A DNA stretch of 64,000 nt from Ranitomeya imitator (Eukaryota), in contig NC_091290.1 of assembly GCF_032444005.1 (NCBI RefSeq), positions 153,636,001-153,700,000 of the forward strand, read 5' to 3'. Shown piece by piece: positions 12,384 through 23,874 of this stretch. A program made the position numbers and the translations under genes. Each line of letters begins with the position of its first letter. The stretch's first letter is position 1. A model generated the notes under the pieces. It worked only from the letters and a program-made list of their open reading frames with translations, searched no databases and was not told where the DNA came from.

Positions 12384-13287
12384 CGAAGTACTCCTTCTTC
12401 ATGTGCATCTCCAGCTCCCGCTCCAGCTCCAGGGTCAGGGCCTCCAGCCTCCTCTCCGCCGGGCTCGGGCCGCTCTCCTTCCCGGGGGTCACCTGGTAGG
12501 GCAGCTTGAAGCGGTGCAGGGTGGCGGAGCCGCGGGCCGAGCTGTAGCCGTACGAGGCGGTGGCGGGCTCGGCCGTGAGCTGCTCGTGTCGGGGGGGAGA
12601 GTGCGCCAGCAGCTTGTAGCCGCCGAGCTCCGCGCCCTCCCCCGGCAGCGCCTCCTCCTGCAGCCCCGGCGCCAGCATGGAGGAGCGGGGCGAGGGCCCC
12701 ATGGAGCCGCGGGAGCTCCGGGAGCTGTGGCTGGAGATGCTGGAGCGCGGGCTGGCCAGGGTGTTGGCGCGGCCGTCCTGCAGGCTGCGGCCTCCTCCTC
12801 CTCCTCCCCCGCCGCCGTCCGCCGCCGCCTCCCCGGGGCAGTAGCTGGAGCGCGGGCTGCCGTGCCGCTGGTCGTAGCCCAGGCTGATGCCGCTGGTGCG
12901 GGCGCTGCTCGGCTTGGAGCCGCCGTCGTGCAGGCTGGCCCGCGGGCTCGAGTGCTTGCTGGTGTCGCTGGCGGTGCTGGCGTAGCTGGAGCGCGGGCTG
13001 GGCGCCTCGTACTGGGCCAGGCTGCAGCGGGGGCTGGACAGGCGGCCGAGCTCCGGGCAGGCGGTGCTGGAGCGGGGACTGCTGCCGCCGCTGCTCCCGG
13101 GGTACATGCCCGGCCGGCCCGGGTAGCAGGGCAGCGCCACCTCCGCCTCCTGGCGGCTCCGGTACGGCTCGGCCGGGCAGTGGTAGAGCTGGAGGCCCGC
13201 GCCGTTCAGCCTCCGGGGCCGGCCCTCCTCCAGGCACAGCTCGTCCATCAGCCGGCCCACGTCCTCCTCCTCCGGATACTGCTCCAT
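12384..13287 (-). CDS. WTIP: WTIP (Ajuba/LIMD1/WTIP LIM family) coding exon 1, pre-LIM region; downstream exons are outside the window
   Basis: Translation MEQYPEEED...SPRSS repeats...[17 protein letters not shown]...[29 protein letters not shown] ends at a G|GTAAGA donor (phase 1), matching the known WTIP exon-1 end ([12 protein letters not shown]...YFG). It lies downstream of UBA2 on the same strand, as in human. Confidence 0.9.
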
Positions 13288-13535
13288 GCTGGCGAGGGGG
13301 GAAGCTTCATCCCAGCCCGGGCTGCGAGGTGCGGGGCTCCGGGGGCGGCTGGGACCCCGCCGGGCGGAGGAGAGGGCAGCAGGGAGGAGAGGGCAGCAGG
13401 GAGGAGAGGGCAGCAGGGAGGAGAGGGCAGCAGGGAGGAGAGGGCAGGGGGCGGGCGGACTCTTTTCCTGCTGCCGCCGCTGCTCTTCTGTGTCTGCGGC
13501 TCCCGGACAGGAATGTGCGGAGGGAGACGGCGGTG

Positions 13536-13543
13536 CGACGTCA
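13536..13543 (-). promoter_or_regulatory. CRE-like motif (TGACGTCG) in the GC-rich WTIP upstream/5' UTR region
   Basis: One mismatch to TGACGTCA, about 250 bp upstream of the ATG; motif match only. Confidence 0.25.
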
Positions 13544-13603
13544 CGGAGGAATGTGCTGCGGCGGGATCAGTGCGCCAGAGCGTCGGGACCTGAGAGCAGC
13601 CCC

Positions 13604-15680
13604 AGAGAGACCCCAATGTATCCCCCCACAGAGGAGACCCCAATGTACCCCCCACAGAGGAGACCCCAATGTATCCCCCCACAGAGGAGACCCCAATGTA
13701 CCCCCCACAGAGGAGACCCCAATGTATCCCCCCACAGAGGAGACCCCAATGTATCCCCCCACAGAGGAGACCCCAATGTACCCCCCACAGAGGAGACCCC
13801 AATGTACCCCCCACAGAGGAGACCCCAATGTACCCCCCACAGAGGAGACCCCAATGTATCCCCCCACAGAGGAGACCCCAATGTATCCCCCCACAGAGGA
13901 GACCCCAATGTACCCCCCACAGAGGAGACCCCAATGTACCCCCCACAGAGGAGACCCCAATGTACCCCCCCACAGAGGAGACCCCAATGTATCCCCCACA
14001 GAGGAGACCCCAATGTATCCCCCCACAGAGGAGACCCCAATGTACCCCCCACAGAGGAGACCCCAATGTACCCCCCCACAGAGGAGACCCCAATGTACCC
14101 CCCCACAGAGGAGACCCCAATGTATCCCCCCACAGAGGAGACCCCAATGTACCCCCCACAGAGGAGACCCCAATGTACCCCCCACAGAGGAGACCCCAAT
14201 GTATCCCCCCACAGAGGAGACCCCAATGTATCCCCCACAGAGGACACCCCAATGTATCTCCCACAGAGGAGACCCCAATGTATCCCCCCACAGAGGAGAC
14301 CCCAATGTACCCCCCACAGAGGAGACCCCAATGTACCCCCCACAGAGGAGACCCCAATGTATCCCCCCACAGAGGAGACCCCAATGTATCCCCCACAGAG
14401 GAGACCCCAATGTATCTCCCACAGAGGAGACCCCAATGTACCCCCCACAGAGGAGACCCCAATGTACCCCCCACAGAGGAGACCCCAATGTATCTCCCAC
14501 AGAGGAGACCCCAATGTATCCCCCCACAGAGGAGACCCCAATGTATCCCCCCACAGAGGAGACCCCAATGTATCCCCCGCAGAGGAGACCCCAATGTACC
14601 CCCCGCAGAGGAGACCCCAATGTACCCCCCGCAGAGGAGACCCCAATGTACCCCCCGCAGAGGAGACCCCAATGTACCCCCCGCAGAGGAGACACCAATG
14701 TATCCCCCCACAGAGGAGACCCCAATGTATCCCCCCACAGAGGAGACCCCAATGTACCCCCCCACAGAGGAGACCCCAATGTGTCCCCCCACAGAGGAGA
14801 CCCCAATGTACCCCCCACAGAGGAGACCCCAATGTACCCCCCCACAGAGGAGACCCCAATGTACCCCCCACAGAGGAGACCCCAATGTATCCCCCCACAG
14901 AGGAGACCCCAATGTATCCCCCCACAGAGGAGACCCCAATGTATCCCCCCACAGAGGAGACCCCAATGTACCCCCCACAGAGGAGACCCCAATGTATCCC
15001 CCCACAGAGGAGACCCCAATGTATCCCCCCACAGAGGAGACCCCAATGTATCCCCCCACAGAGGACACCCCAATGTATCCCCCACAGAGGAGACCCCAAT
15101 GTACCCCCCCACAGAGGAGACCCCAATGTACCCCCCCACAGAGGAGACCCCAATGTATCCCCCCACAGAGGAGACCCCAATGTACCCCCCACAGAGGAGA
15201 CCCCAATGTACCCTCCCACAGAGGAGACCCCAATGTACCCCCCCACAGAGGAGACCCCAATGTACCCCCCCACAGAGGAGACCCCAATGTACCCCCCACA
15301 GAGGAGACCCCAATGTATCCCCCCACAGAGGAGACCCCAATGTATCCCCCACAGAGGAGACCCCAATGTATCCCCCACAGAGACCCCAATGTACCCCCCC
15401 ACAGAGGAGACCCCAATGTATCCCCCCACAGAGGAGACACCAATATACCCCCCCCCCCAGAGGAGACCCCAACATGTCCCACCACACACCAGAGGAGACC
15501 CCAATATATCCCCCTCAGAGCAGAGAGGTGACCCCCAGCATGTCCCCCCTGAGCAGAGAGGAGACCCCAATATAACCCCCCACAGAGCAGAGACCCCCAA
15601 CGTGTCCCCCCACAGATCAGAGGAGACCCCAATATAACCCCCCCCACAGAGCAGAGGAGACCCCAACATGTCCCCCCCAC
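13604..15680. repeat. Minisatellite, 26-27 bp unit (CAGAGGAGACCCCAATGTA(C/T)CCCCC(C)A), C-rich on plus
   Basis: Visible tandem array of roughly 75 copies. Confidence 0.98.
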
Positions 15681-15723
15681 AAAGCAGAGACACGCCACCC
15701 CAGAGATCAGTGAGGAGACCACA

Positions 15724-18637
15724 AGGATCTGTACTGGGAGCAGAGGGGGCCGTGGGGATCTGTACTGGGAGCAGTGGGGGCCGTGGGGATCTGTACTGGG
15801 AGCAGTGGGGGCCGCGGGGATCTGTACTGGGAGCAGTGGGGGCCGCGGGGATCTGTACTGGGAGCAGTGGGGGCCGCGGGGATCTGTACTGGGAGCAGTG
15901 GGGGCCGCGGGGATCTGTACTAGGAGCAGTGGGGACCGCGGGGATCTGTACTGGGAGCAGTGGGGACCTCGGGGATCTGTACTGGGAGCAGGGGGGACCG
16001 CGGGGATCTGTACTGGGAGCAGAGGGGGCCACGGGGATCTGTACTGGGAGCAGTGGGGGCCGCGGGGATCTGTACTGGGAGCAGTGGGGGCCGCGGGGAT
16101 CTGTACTGGGAGCAGTGGGGACTGCGGGGATCTGTACTAGGAGCAGTGGGGACCTCGGGGATCTGTACTGGGAGCAGTGGGGACCTCGGGGATCTGTACT
16201 GGGAGCAGGGGGGACCGCGGGGATCTGTACTGGGAGCAGAGGGGGCCACGGGGATCTGTACTGGGAGCAGTGGGGGCCGCGGGGATCTGTACTGGGAGCA
16301 GTGGGGGCCGCGGGGATCTGTACTGGGAGCAGTGGGGGCCGCGGGGATCTGTACTGGGAGCAGTGGGGACTGCGGGGATCTGTACTAGGAGCAGTGGGGA
16401 CCGCGGGGATCTGTACTGGGAGCAGTGGGGACCTCGGGGATCTGTACTGGGAGCAGGGGGGACCGCGGGGATCTGTACTGGGAGCAGAGGGGGCCACGGG
16501 GATCTGTACTGGGAGCAGTGGGGACCTCGGGGATCTGTACTGGGAGCAGGGGGGACCGCGGGGATCTGTACTGGGAGCAGAGGGGGCCACGGGGATCTGT
16601 ACTGGGAGCAGTGGGGGCCGCGGGGATCTGTACTGGGAGCAGTGGGAGCCGCGGGGATCTGTACTGGGAGCAGTGGGGGCCGCGGGGATCTGTACTGGGA
16701 GCAGTGGGGACTGCGGGGATCTGTACTAGGAGCAGTGGGGACCGCGGGGATCTGTACTGGGAGCAGTGGGGACCTCGGGGATCTGTACTGGGAGCAGGGG
16801 GGACCGCGGGGATCTGTACTGGGAGCAGAGGGGGCCACGGGGATCTGTACTGGGAGCAGTGGGGGCCGCGGGGATCTGTACTGGGAGCAGTGGGGGCCGC
16901 GGGGATCTGTACTGGGAGCAGTGGGGGCCGCGGGGATCTGTACTGGGAGCAGTGGGGGCCGCGGGGATCTGTACTGGGAGCAGTGGGGGCCGCGGGGATC
17001 TGTACTGGGAGCAGTGGGGACCGCGGGGATCTGTACTGGGAGCAGTGGGGACCTCGGGGATCTGTACTGGGAGCAGGGGGGACCGCGGGGATCTGTACTG
17101 GGAGCAGAGGGGGCCACGGGGATCTGTACTGGGAGCAGTGGGGGCCGCGGGGATCTGTACTGGGAGCAGTGGGGGTCGCGGGGATCTGTACTGGGAGCAG
17201 AGGGGGCCGTGGGGATCTGTACTGGGAGCAGTGGGGGCCGCGGGGATCTGTACTGGGAGCAGTGGGGGCCGCGGGGATCTGTACTGGGAGCAGTGGGGAC
17301 TGCGGGGATCTGTACTAGGAGCAGTGGGGACCGCGGGGATCTGTACTGGGAGCAGTGGGGACCTCGGGGATCTGTACTGGGAGCAGGGGGGACCGCGGGG
17401 ATCTGTACTGGGAGCAGAGGGGGCCACGGGGATCTGTACTGGGAGCAGTGGGGGCCGCGGGGATCTGTACTGGGAGCAGTGGGGGTCGCAGGGATCTGTA
17501 CTGGGAGCAGTGGGGACCGCGGGGATCTGTACTAGGAGCAGTGGGGACCGCGGGGATCTGTTCTGGGAGCAGTGGGGACCGCGGGGATCTGTACTGGGAG
17601 CAGTGGGGACCTGTACTGGAAGCAGTGGGGACCGCTGGGATCTGTACTGGGAGCAGTGGGGACCGCGGGGATCTGTTCTGGGAGCAGTGGGGACCGCGGG
17701 GATCTGTACTGGGAGCAGTGGGGACCTGTACTGGAAGCAGTGGGGACCGCTGGGATCTGTACCGGGAGCAGTGGGGACCGCGGGGATCTGTACTGGGAGC
17801 AGTGGGGACTGCGGGGATCTGTACTGGGAGCAGTGGGGACCGCGGGGATCTGTACTGGGAGCAGTCGGGACCGCTGGGATCTGCATTGGGGACCGCGGGG
17901 ATCTGTACTGGGAGCAGTGGGGACCGCGGGGATCTGTACTGGGAGCAGTGGGGACGCGGGGATCTATACTGGAAGCAGTGGGGACCTGTACTGGAAGCAG
18001 TGGGGACCGCTGGGATCTGTACCGGGAGCAGTGGGGACCGCGGGGATCTGAACTGGGAGCAGTGGGGACTGCGGGGATCTGTACTGGGAGCAGTGGGGAC
18101 CGCGGGATCTGTACCGGGAGCAGTGGGGACCGCGGGGATCTGTACTGGGAGCAGTGGGGACCGCGGGATCTGTACCGGGAGCAGTGGGGACCGCGGGGAT
18201 CTGTACTGGGAGCAGTGGGGACCGCTGGGATCCGTACCGGGAGCAGTGGGGACCGCGGGATCTGTACCGGGAGCAGTGGGGACCGCGGGGATCTGTACTG
18301 GGAGCAGTGGGGACCGCGGGGATCTGTTCTGGGAGCAGTGGGGACCGTGGGGATCTGTACTGGGAGCAGTGGGGACCTGTACTGGGAGCAGTGGGGACCT
18401 GTACTGGAAGCAGTGGGGACCGCTGGGATCTGTATCGGGAGCAGTGGGGACCGCGGGGATCTGTACTGGGAGCAGTGGGGACTGCGGGGATCTGTACTGG
18501 GAGCAGTGGGGACCGCGGGATCTGTACCGGGAGCAGTGGGGACCGCGGGGATCTGTACTGGGAGCAGTGGGGACCGCTGGGATCTGTACCGGGAGCAGTG
18601 GGGACCGCGGGGATCTGTACTGGGAACAGTGGGGACC
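15724..18637. repeat. Minisatellite, 31 bp unit (GGGGATCTGTACTGGGAGCAGTGGGGGCCGC), G-rich on plus
   Basis: Visible tandem array of roughly 90 copies. Confidence 0.98.
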
Positions 18638-19354
18638 ATACACTGACTTATACTGGATACAGCAGACCTCAGTGTAACATGTCGGCCATTGTTGCCCTCT
18701 CGGTCCGTCCTTGTGGCCCCTTCCCCTCCGGGGCCGCGCGGTGCCAGCGATTACAACACTGCGGGTATATGACACCATGGGGGGCACGGACGGGATACAT
18801 TATATCAGGGTTTCGTCCTGTACCCCTCCCCCATAATCAGATCTGTGCAGTGTAACTTTGGGAAGGCTTTTCGGTCCTTTGGGGGTCTCCGCGGTGCAGG
18901 TCAGGATCAGAGGGGCACGGGGCCGGAGCCATGAACGATGGGCCAGTGTTCACATAGGAAAGTAGCTGATATGACGGAGGAGGCTGGGAAGCGCCGGCCG
19001 GTCCCGGGGGGCCGCTGCATAGTTTGTCTCCTATTTCTAGCTTTTCCCACAAGCCGGTGGTGTTTATAGTGAGGGAAGGGTCCGCACTGCAGCCGATGGA
19101 TTCCCGAGATGCTGCCCCTCCTGGTGGCGAGGCGGTGGTGCCAGGCACAGCTCTGATACTCTGTGCCGCGGATATAAAGACGCGCACTCCGGCTTGGGAG
19201 CTGCTGACTGAACGTGAATATATTCCACTCACCGTAATCCACAGGATAAACAGTCGCACTCAGTCTCATATCATTTAAAAAAAAAAAAGGATTTATTTCA
19301 ATCATCAAATAAAGAAAATTGCTTCACTGCAGTAGAGAAAAGCAAACCTCTATT

Positions 19355-19400
19355 ATAAGGTCTGATGAAGAGCAGGGCCATGGTGGAAACGTTACCTTAT
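19355..19400 (+). ncRNA. Minimal type-I hammerhead ribozyme motif (Penelope-like), stem II degenerate
   Basis: ATAAGGT-CTGATGA-(17 nt)-GAAA-CG-TT-ACCTTAT: perfect 7-bp stem I, intact core and palindromic AACGTT stem III. Confidence 0.6.
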
Positions 19401-20735
19401 GGAATGCCGTAGGCAGGAAATATAACTGCCACTGCCTGCAGGATGCAGCGCAGGGAAATAGCAGCGAAAGTTAACCCCTGACATGACCAGACTGTTTGAA
19501 AACCACAGTCGGTGGCCAGTGTTACTAGTGGACCTGAAGAAATGCCAGATCTAGTGGAACGCAGCCACCAACCAAGACCAACAGATTTGATCCCTGCGGC
19601 CATTGAAGAGCCCGCTGCAGTATGTGCAACCGCGAGACTTGCCCCAACACTGGTGTAGGTCGCCCCTGCGACATCAGGTATCCTGGGCCTCCAAGGCCGG
19701 AGTATACTGTGCAGGATGCCCATGCGGACACATACGTGGCCTTGACCACATGGGAATGAAGAAGTCGCACTAAGTAGCACAGCCGCGGCACTGAGAAAGG
19801 CCTGACCACGGAGGAGCCATCGCTACCGAAACCCTGACCGAGACACTGCCATCAGCGTCATCAAAGCAACGCCAGTCTTCTAAAAGTAACGGCTACAGAC
19901 ATGGCTTCCTTGGGCCCTAGAGGGGTAACTGAATCAGTCTCTTGCCAAAATGGAAAGCAAATAGATCTTTAGAGTAGAGGGCATCACCCCATATGGACTT
20001 AACGAGAAGTTCTGTAATCTTTTCAGGCATCGCGGTTCCATTCTGGTGTTTTAGAGGGATGGATGGAGGGGGCTGGCTGTTTTTTTTGTTCATCTTTTTG
20101 ATTTTCAGATTCCACCGTCACGGCTCTCTCTACCCCCCCCATACTGTCTGCATGCTGGCGGATGTTGTCCTTGGAGCAAACTTTGGCCTTTTTCTCATGG
20201 CCCCGACGATTCATTATGAGAATATCCACAGAAATCATCACACATTTACGTTCTTTGATGATAAATATTAGAACGTCTACGTAACAGATTCACCTACGGT
20301 GAGACAGAAAAGATGCCGTATATCAGGACTGTGGATTAGTTTAGTGCAGCGCCTCCGTACACGCGGATTGTGCCCCTCCCCACATCGGTCTGTTCACGCA
20401 GCCGCACAACTCGCCCAATTTACACGGACAGAATATTCAGCTCAGGATTCAGTCACATTATGCCGATTGCCATTTAGTCCCAGTGCCGGTGTGTCACTGG
20501 TATTGTCATTTCTGTCACTGTCCCTTATTATATCATACCGTTCCTGCAGTAATAAGCTCATTTACATCCACATAAACCACAATCAGGCGGCCCATAGTAC
20601 TAGCACCAATCTCCAGCACTCTCCTCACACTGCACCGCATATTACCCTCCCATTTAGGAAATTTCCTATATTACATCTTCGCACATGATATGGTTCACGT
20701 CTATTAATTGAGCTCACATTTAAGGTACAGTGACG

Positions 20736-20789
20736 CTCTCCTGTGACAAGTCCCCCGAAGTGTGGACGAAACGCGCGTCGGGGAAGAGG
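20736..20789 (+). ncRNA. Degenerate hammerhead ribozyme relic (Penelope-like)
   Basis: CTCTC-CTGTGACAA-GTCC(loop)GGAC-GAAA-CGCGCG-TC-GGGGA: stem II, GAAA, palindromic stem III and GUC are present, but the CUGANGA core is mutated. Confidence 0.45.
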
Positions 20790-21122
20790 GACGCACTACA
20801 CTAATAAGTGGCAGCCTGTATACCGGGCTCTACACTGCTCTCAATTACTCATCTTTACAGCAGACCCCAAATTGGTAACACATGAATATTACGTCCATTC
20901 ATGACCCGAGTATCTCCTGCCCCATCTTACGTCTCAGGTGCTCGCGCTATTCTCGCTCTTCGCCTCCTCCCCGCAGGATGTCGTCCCCTCACTAGATGAC
21001 AGTTATCACCTGGACGCACGTTACCTGATCGCTGCACAGGACGGCAGGCGGCTATTCCCTCTATACAGATCAGTGATTGGGGAGACTGTCACATCGGATC
21101 TTCAGTGGGCGGCATCCTCGTC

Positions 21123-21903
21123 TGTTATGTTTGCTAATGACAGGTGTTATGAAGGCAATCCAGAAACACAGTGTGCTTAGCGATCAGAGCGCACACAGTG
21201 ATCTCACAAATACCCAAAAATACAAGAACGAGCTCTGAGACGTGGAAACTCTGTAGACTGCACACCTGATCCTATCCTAAACACAACTAAAAGCGGCTGT
21301 GGATTGCGCCTAACAACTACCTAGGCAACTCGGCACAGCCTAAGAAACTAGCTAGCCTGAAGATAGAAAAATAGGCCTGACTTGCCCCAGAGAAATTCCC
21401 CAAAGGAAAAGGCAGCCCCCCACATATAATGACTGTGAGTAAGATGAAAAGACAAAACGTAGGAATGAAATAGATTCAGCAAAGTGGGGCCCGATATTCT
21501 AGGACAGAGCGAGGACAGTAAAGCGAACTTTGCAGTCTACAAAAAACCCTAAAGCAAAACCACACAAAGGGGGCAAAAAAAACCCACCGTGCCGAACTAA
21601 CGGCACGGCGGTACACCCTTTGCGTCTCAGAGCTTCCAGCAAAACAAAAGCCAAGCTGGACAGAAAAAAAAACAACAAAAAAGCAAAAAGCACTTAGCTA
21701 TACAGAGCAGCAGGTCACAGGAACAATCAGGAGAAGCTCAGATCCAACACTGAAACATTGACAAGGAGCAAGGATAGCAGCATCAGGCGGAGTTAAGTAA
21801 TGAAGCAGTTAACGAGCTCACCAGAACACCTGAGGGAGGAAGCTCAGAAGCTGCAGTACCACTTGTGACCACAGGAGTGAATTCAGCCACAGAATTCACA
21901 ACA
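21123..21903 (-). mobile_element. Solo LTR, 781 bp, TGTT...AACA termini, 6-bp TSD CTCGTC
   Basis: CTCGTC at 21117-21122 and 21904-21909 flank TGTT/AACA ends; no coding sequence. Orientation is tentative. Confidence 0.8.
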
Positions 21904-22191
21904 CTCGTCCCTCTCTGCAGGCGCCATATTGATCTCCATCATCTGTGTATGTTAAATATGTGCAAACAATGACATCTAGGTTTCCTGTGTGTAGTGGTCG
22001 CGGCGTTCAGCGAGTCCCCGGGGTCCGCACCCGGCGAGGCGACTGTGCCACTATTGGATGGGGACAATTACACTGCGAATCAACAAATGTCAGGGACGTT
22101 CTTGTCCCCTGAGAAAACGTCACTGTATCTTGTAGATTTTGATCTGCTGAACACGAATGTTTGCTCCAAAAGTCTGTGTCACGTAAGGTTT

Positions 22192-22480
22192 TTAACTCCT
22201 ACATGACCGGAGCTTTTTTCGATTTTTTGCTCACCTTTTTCCAGAGCCATAATGTTTTTATTTTTCCGTCAATATGTCCGTGTGAGGTCTTATTTTTTGT
22301 GGGACGAGCTGACATTTTTAATGATACCACTTTTGAGCAAATACGTTCTTTTGATCGCCCGTTATTGCATTTTAATGCAATGTCGCGGTGACCCAAAAAA
22401 AAAAACGTAATTCTGGAGCTTTGATTTTTTTTATCCTTACGCCGTTTAGCGATCAGGTAAATTTTTTTTATTGATAGATC
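22192..22480. mobile_element. Fragment of a non-autonomous TTAA-type (piggyBac/Kolobok-like) DNA transposon
   Basis: Starts TTAA-CTCCTACATGACCGG, resembling frog TTAACCCCTTCATGACC-type ends; the other end was not found. Confidence 0.4.
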
Positions 22481-22489
22481 AATTAGTGA

Positions 22490-23850
22490 CTTATTGCAGC
22501 TGCGAGCATGTTGGCCACAAGTTGTTCACAGTTCGGTGCTGTGGCCACGGAAGCTGAAGGTCACATCTCTGAAGGCTTCTCCATGCCACTTGTTCAGCAC
22601 CTTGGAAAAGTCCATCAAAGCCACCGTCATTCATTAGATCTGTGGGCCAATAAAAATACCGGCTTTCATCTTTGCATCACTTATTTTTGGAAACTTCTGT
22701 CGCAAGTAAGAAAAGGCTTCCGATTCTTTGTTCATCGCTTTGACAAAATTCTTCATAAGCCCAAGTTTAATATGCAAAGCGGGGAGAAATATCTTTGCTG
22801 GATCAACGAGACGATTATGTTTAACAATCTTCTGTCCAGCAGCCAGGTTTTCGCGGAGCGGCCAGTCCTTTCTGAAATGGTGGCTTTCTCGTGCCCGACT
22901 GTCCCACTCACAAAAAACAACAACACTTGGTATATCCAAGAAGTGCAACAACTTCTAGATCACCACGTTATAATTTCTATAATTAATGTGGGTCAACAGT
23001 TACTCCATATTCTCCTACATTGCTTCCATGTGTATGGCCTGTCCAGTACGTATAGAAGGATAGATATTTCCGTTGTGTGGTGAAGCAGCCTTCAGACTTA
23101 AAACTGATGAGTCAATGAACAGTCGCCATTCCTTCTGGTCATGTTCGCATCCAAGAGAATCGAACAACCCCGAGACGTCGCTGCAAAAGGTTAAACTGTC
23201 AACATGGTTGAAAAATTGATTAAGGTCTTCTTGACGACTGCAAAAAACAGAAACTCTTGTTCCTGGTAATAAGAGATTCCGTTCTTGTAGCCTTGATCCC
23301 AATAATTCCACCTCTTGGACAATTTCATATCTCTGACCAAGTCCCTCCGATCAGCTCGGCCAATGTGGATTAGATGTAGAAGGCTCAAAGTCTGGGTCTG
23401 CAGCAGCTTCATTATCCACAGACGTTGCTAGTTCTTCGTCGTCCTCCATTGTCCATACTTTGGAACATGAAGACTTTAATCGGGTGGCACCGGTCTTATG
23501 GCTGAAGGAAGATTAGGATATTCTATTGATTTCTTGTTCTTTGCTGAAGATCCTGTCACATTTGTGAGGCAGAAGTAGCAATGATCTCTGCTCTCTCCAT
23601 ATCATTGGGACAGCGGACGGCATTGAAGGTTGTGATCCATTCCGCCAGCTCTAAGGCTTCTAGAGGAAAACGCACAACGTATATGAGGGGCCGGTGTTTG
23701 TCCTGATCTCCAATTCAAAATTCAAAGAATAGTTCCTACGCTTTCTCAACAAGTAGAGTCATTTCCTTTTGGGCTTTCATTGTATATTCTCCACAGTTGG
23801 AGCAGAAATTATCGCTGCTGTTGAGACACCGACGCGACGTTTCAAAATAA
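22490..23850 (-). pseudogene. Decayed DNA transposase, Chapaev3/CMC-like
   Basis: Minus-strand pieces RRCLNSSDNFCSNCGEYTMKAQR, IGDQDK, DHCYFCLTNV...YPNLPSAIRPVP, CEWDSRAR...WPLR, LPALHIKLGLMKNFVKAM...FPKISDAKMKAGIFIGPQI, with multiple stops and frameshifts. Confidence 0.8.
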
Positions 23851-23874
23851 ATCTTCAGTTTTTACAATGAAAAG

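Noticed and set aside
13248-18855. Many overlapping Pro/Gly-rich ORFs of 300-1000 aa
   Set aside because: Open in several frames at once because they are low-complexity tandem repeats; no domain content.
18650-19280. Several 80-230 aa ORFs in unique GC-rich sequence upstream of WTIP
   Set aside because: No recognisable homology or splice structure; cannot be supported as coding.
23818-23865. Minus-strand CTGAAGA...GAAA-CGTCGCG-TC hammerhead-like string
   Set aside because: No stem I or stem II pairing; it overlaps the start of the transposase fossil and is likely chance.
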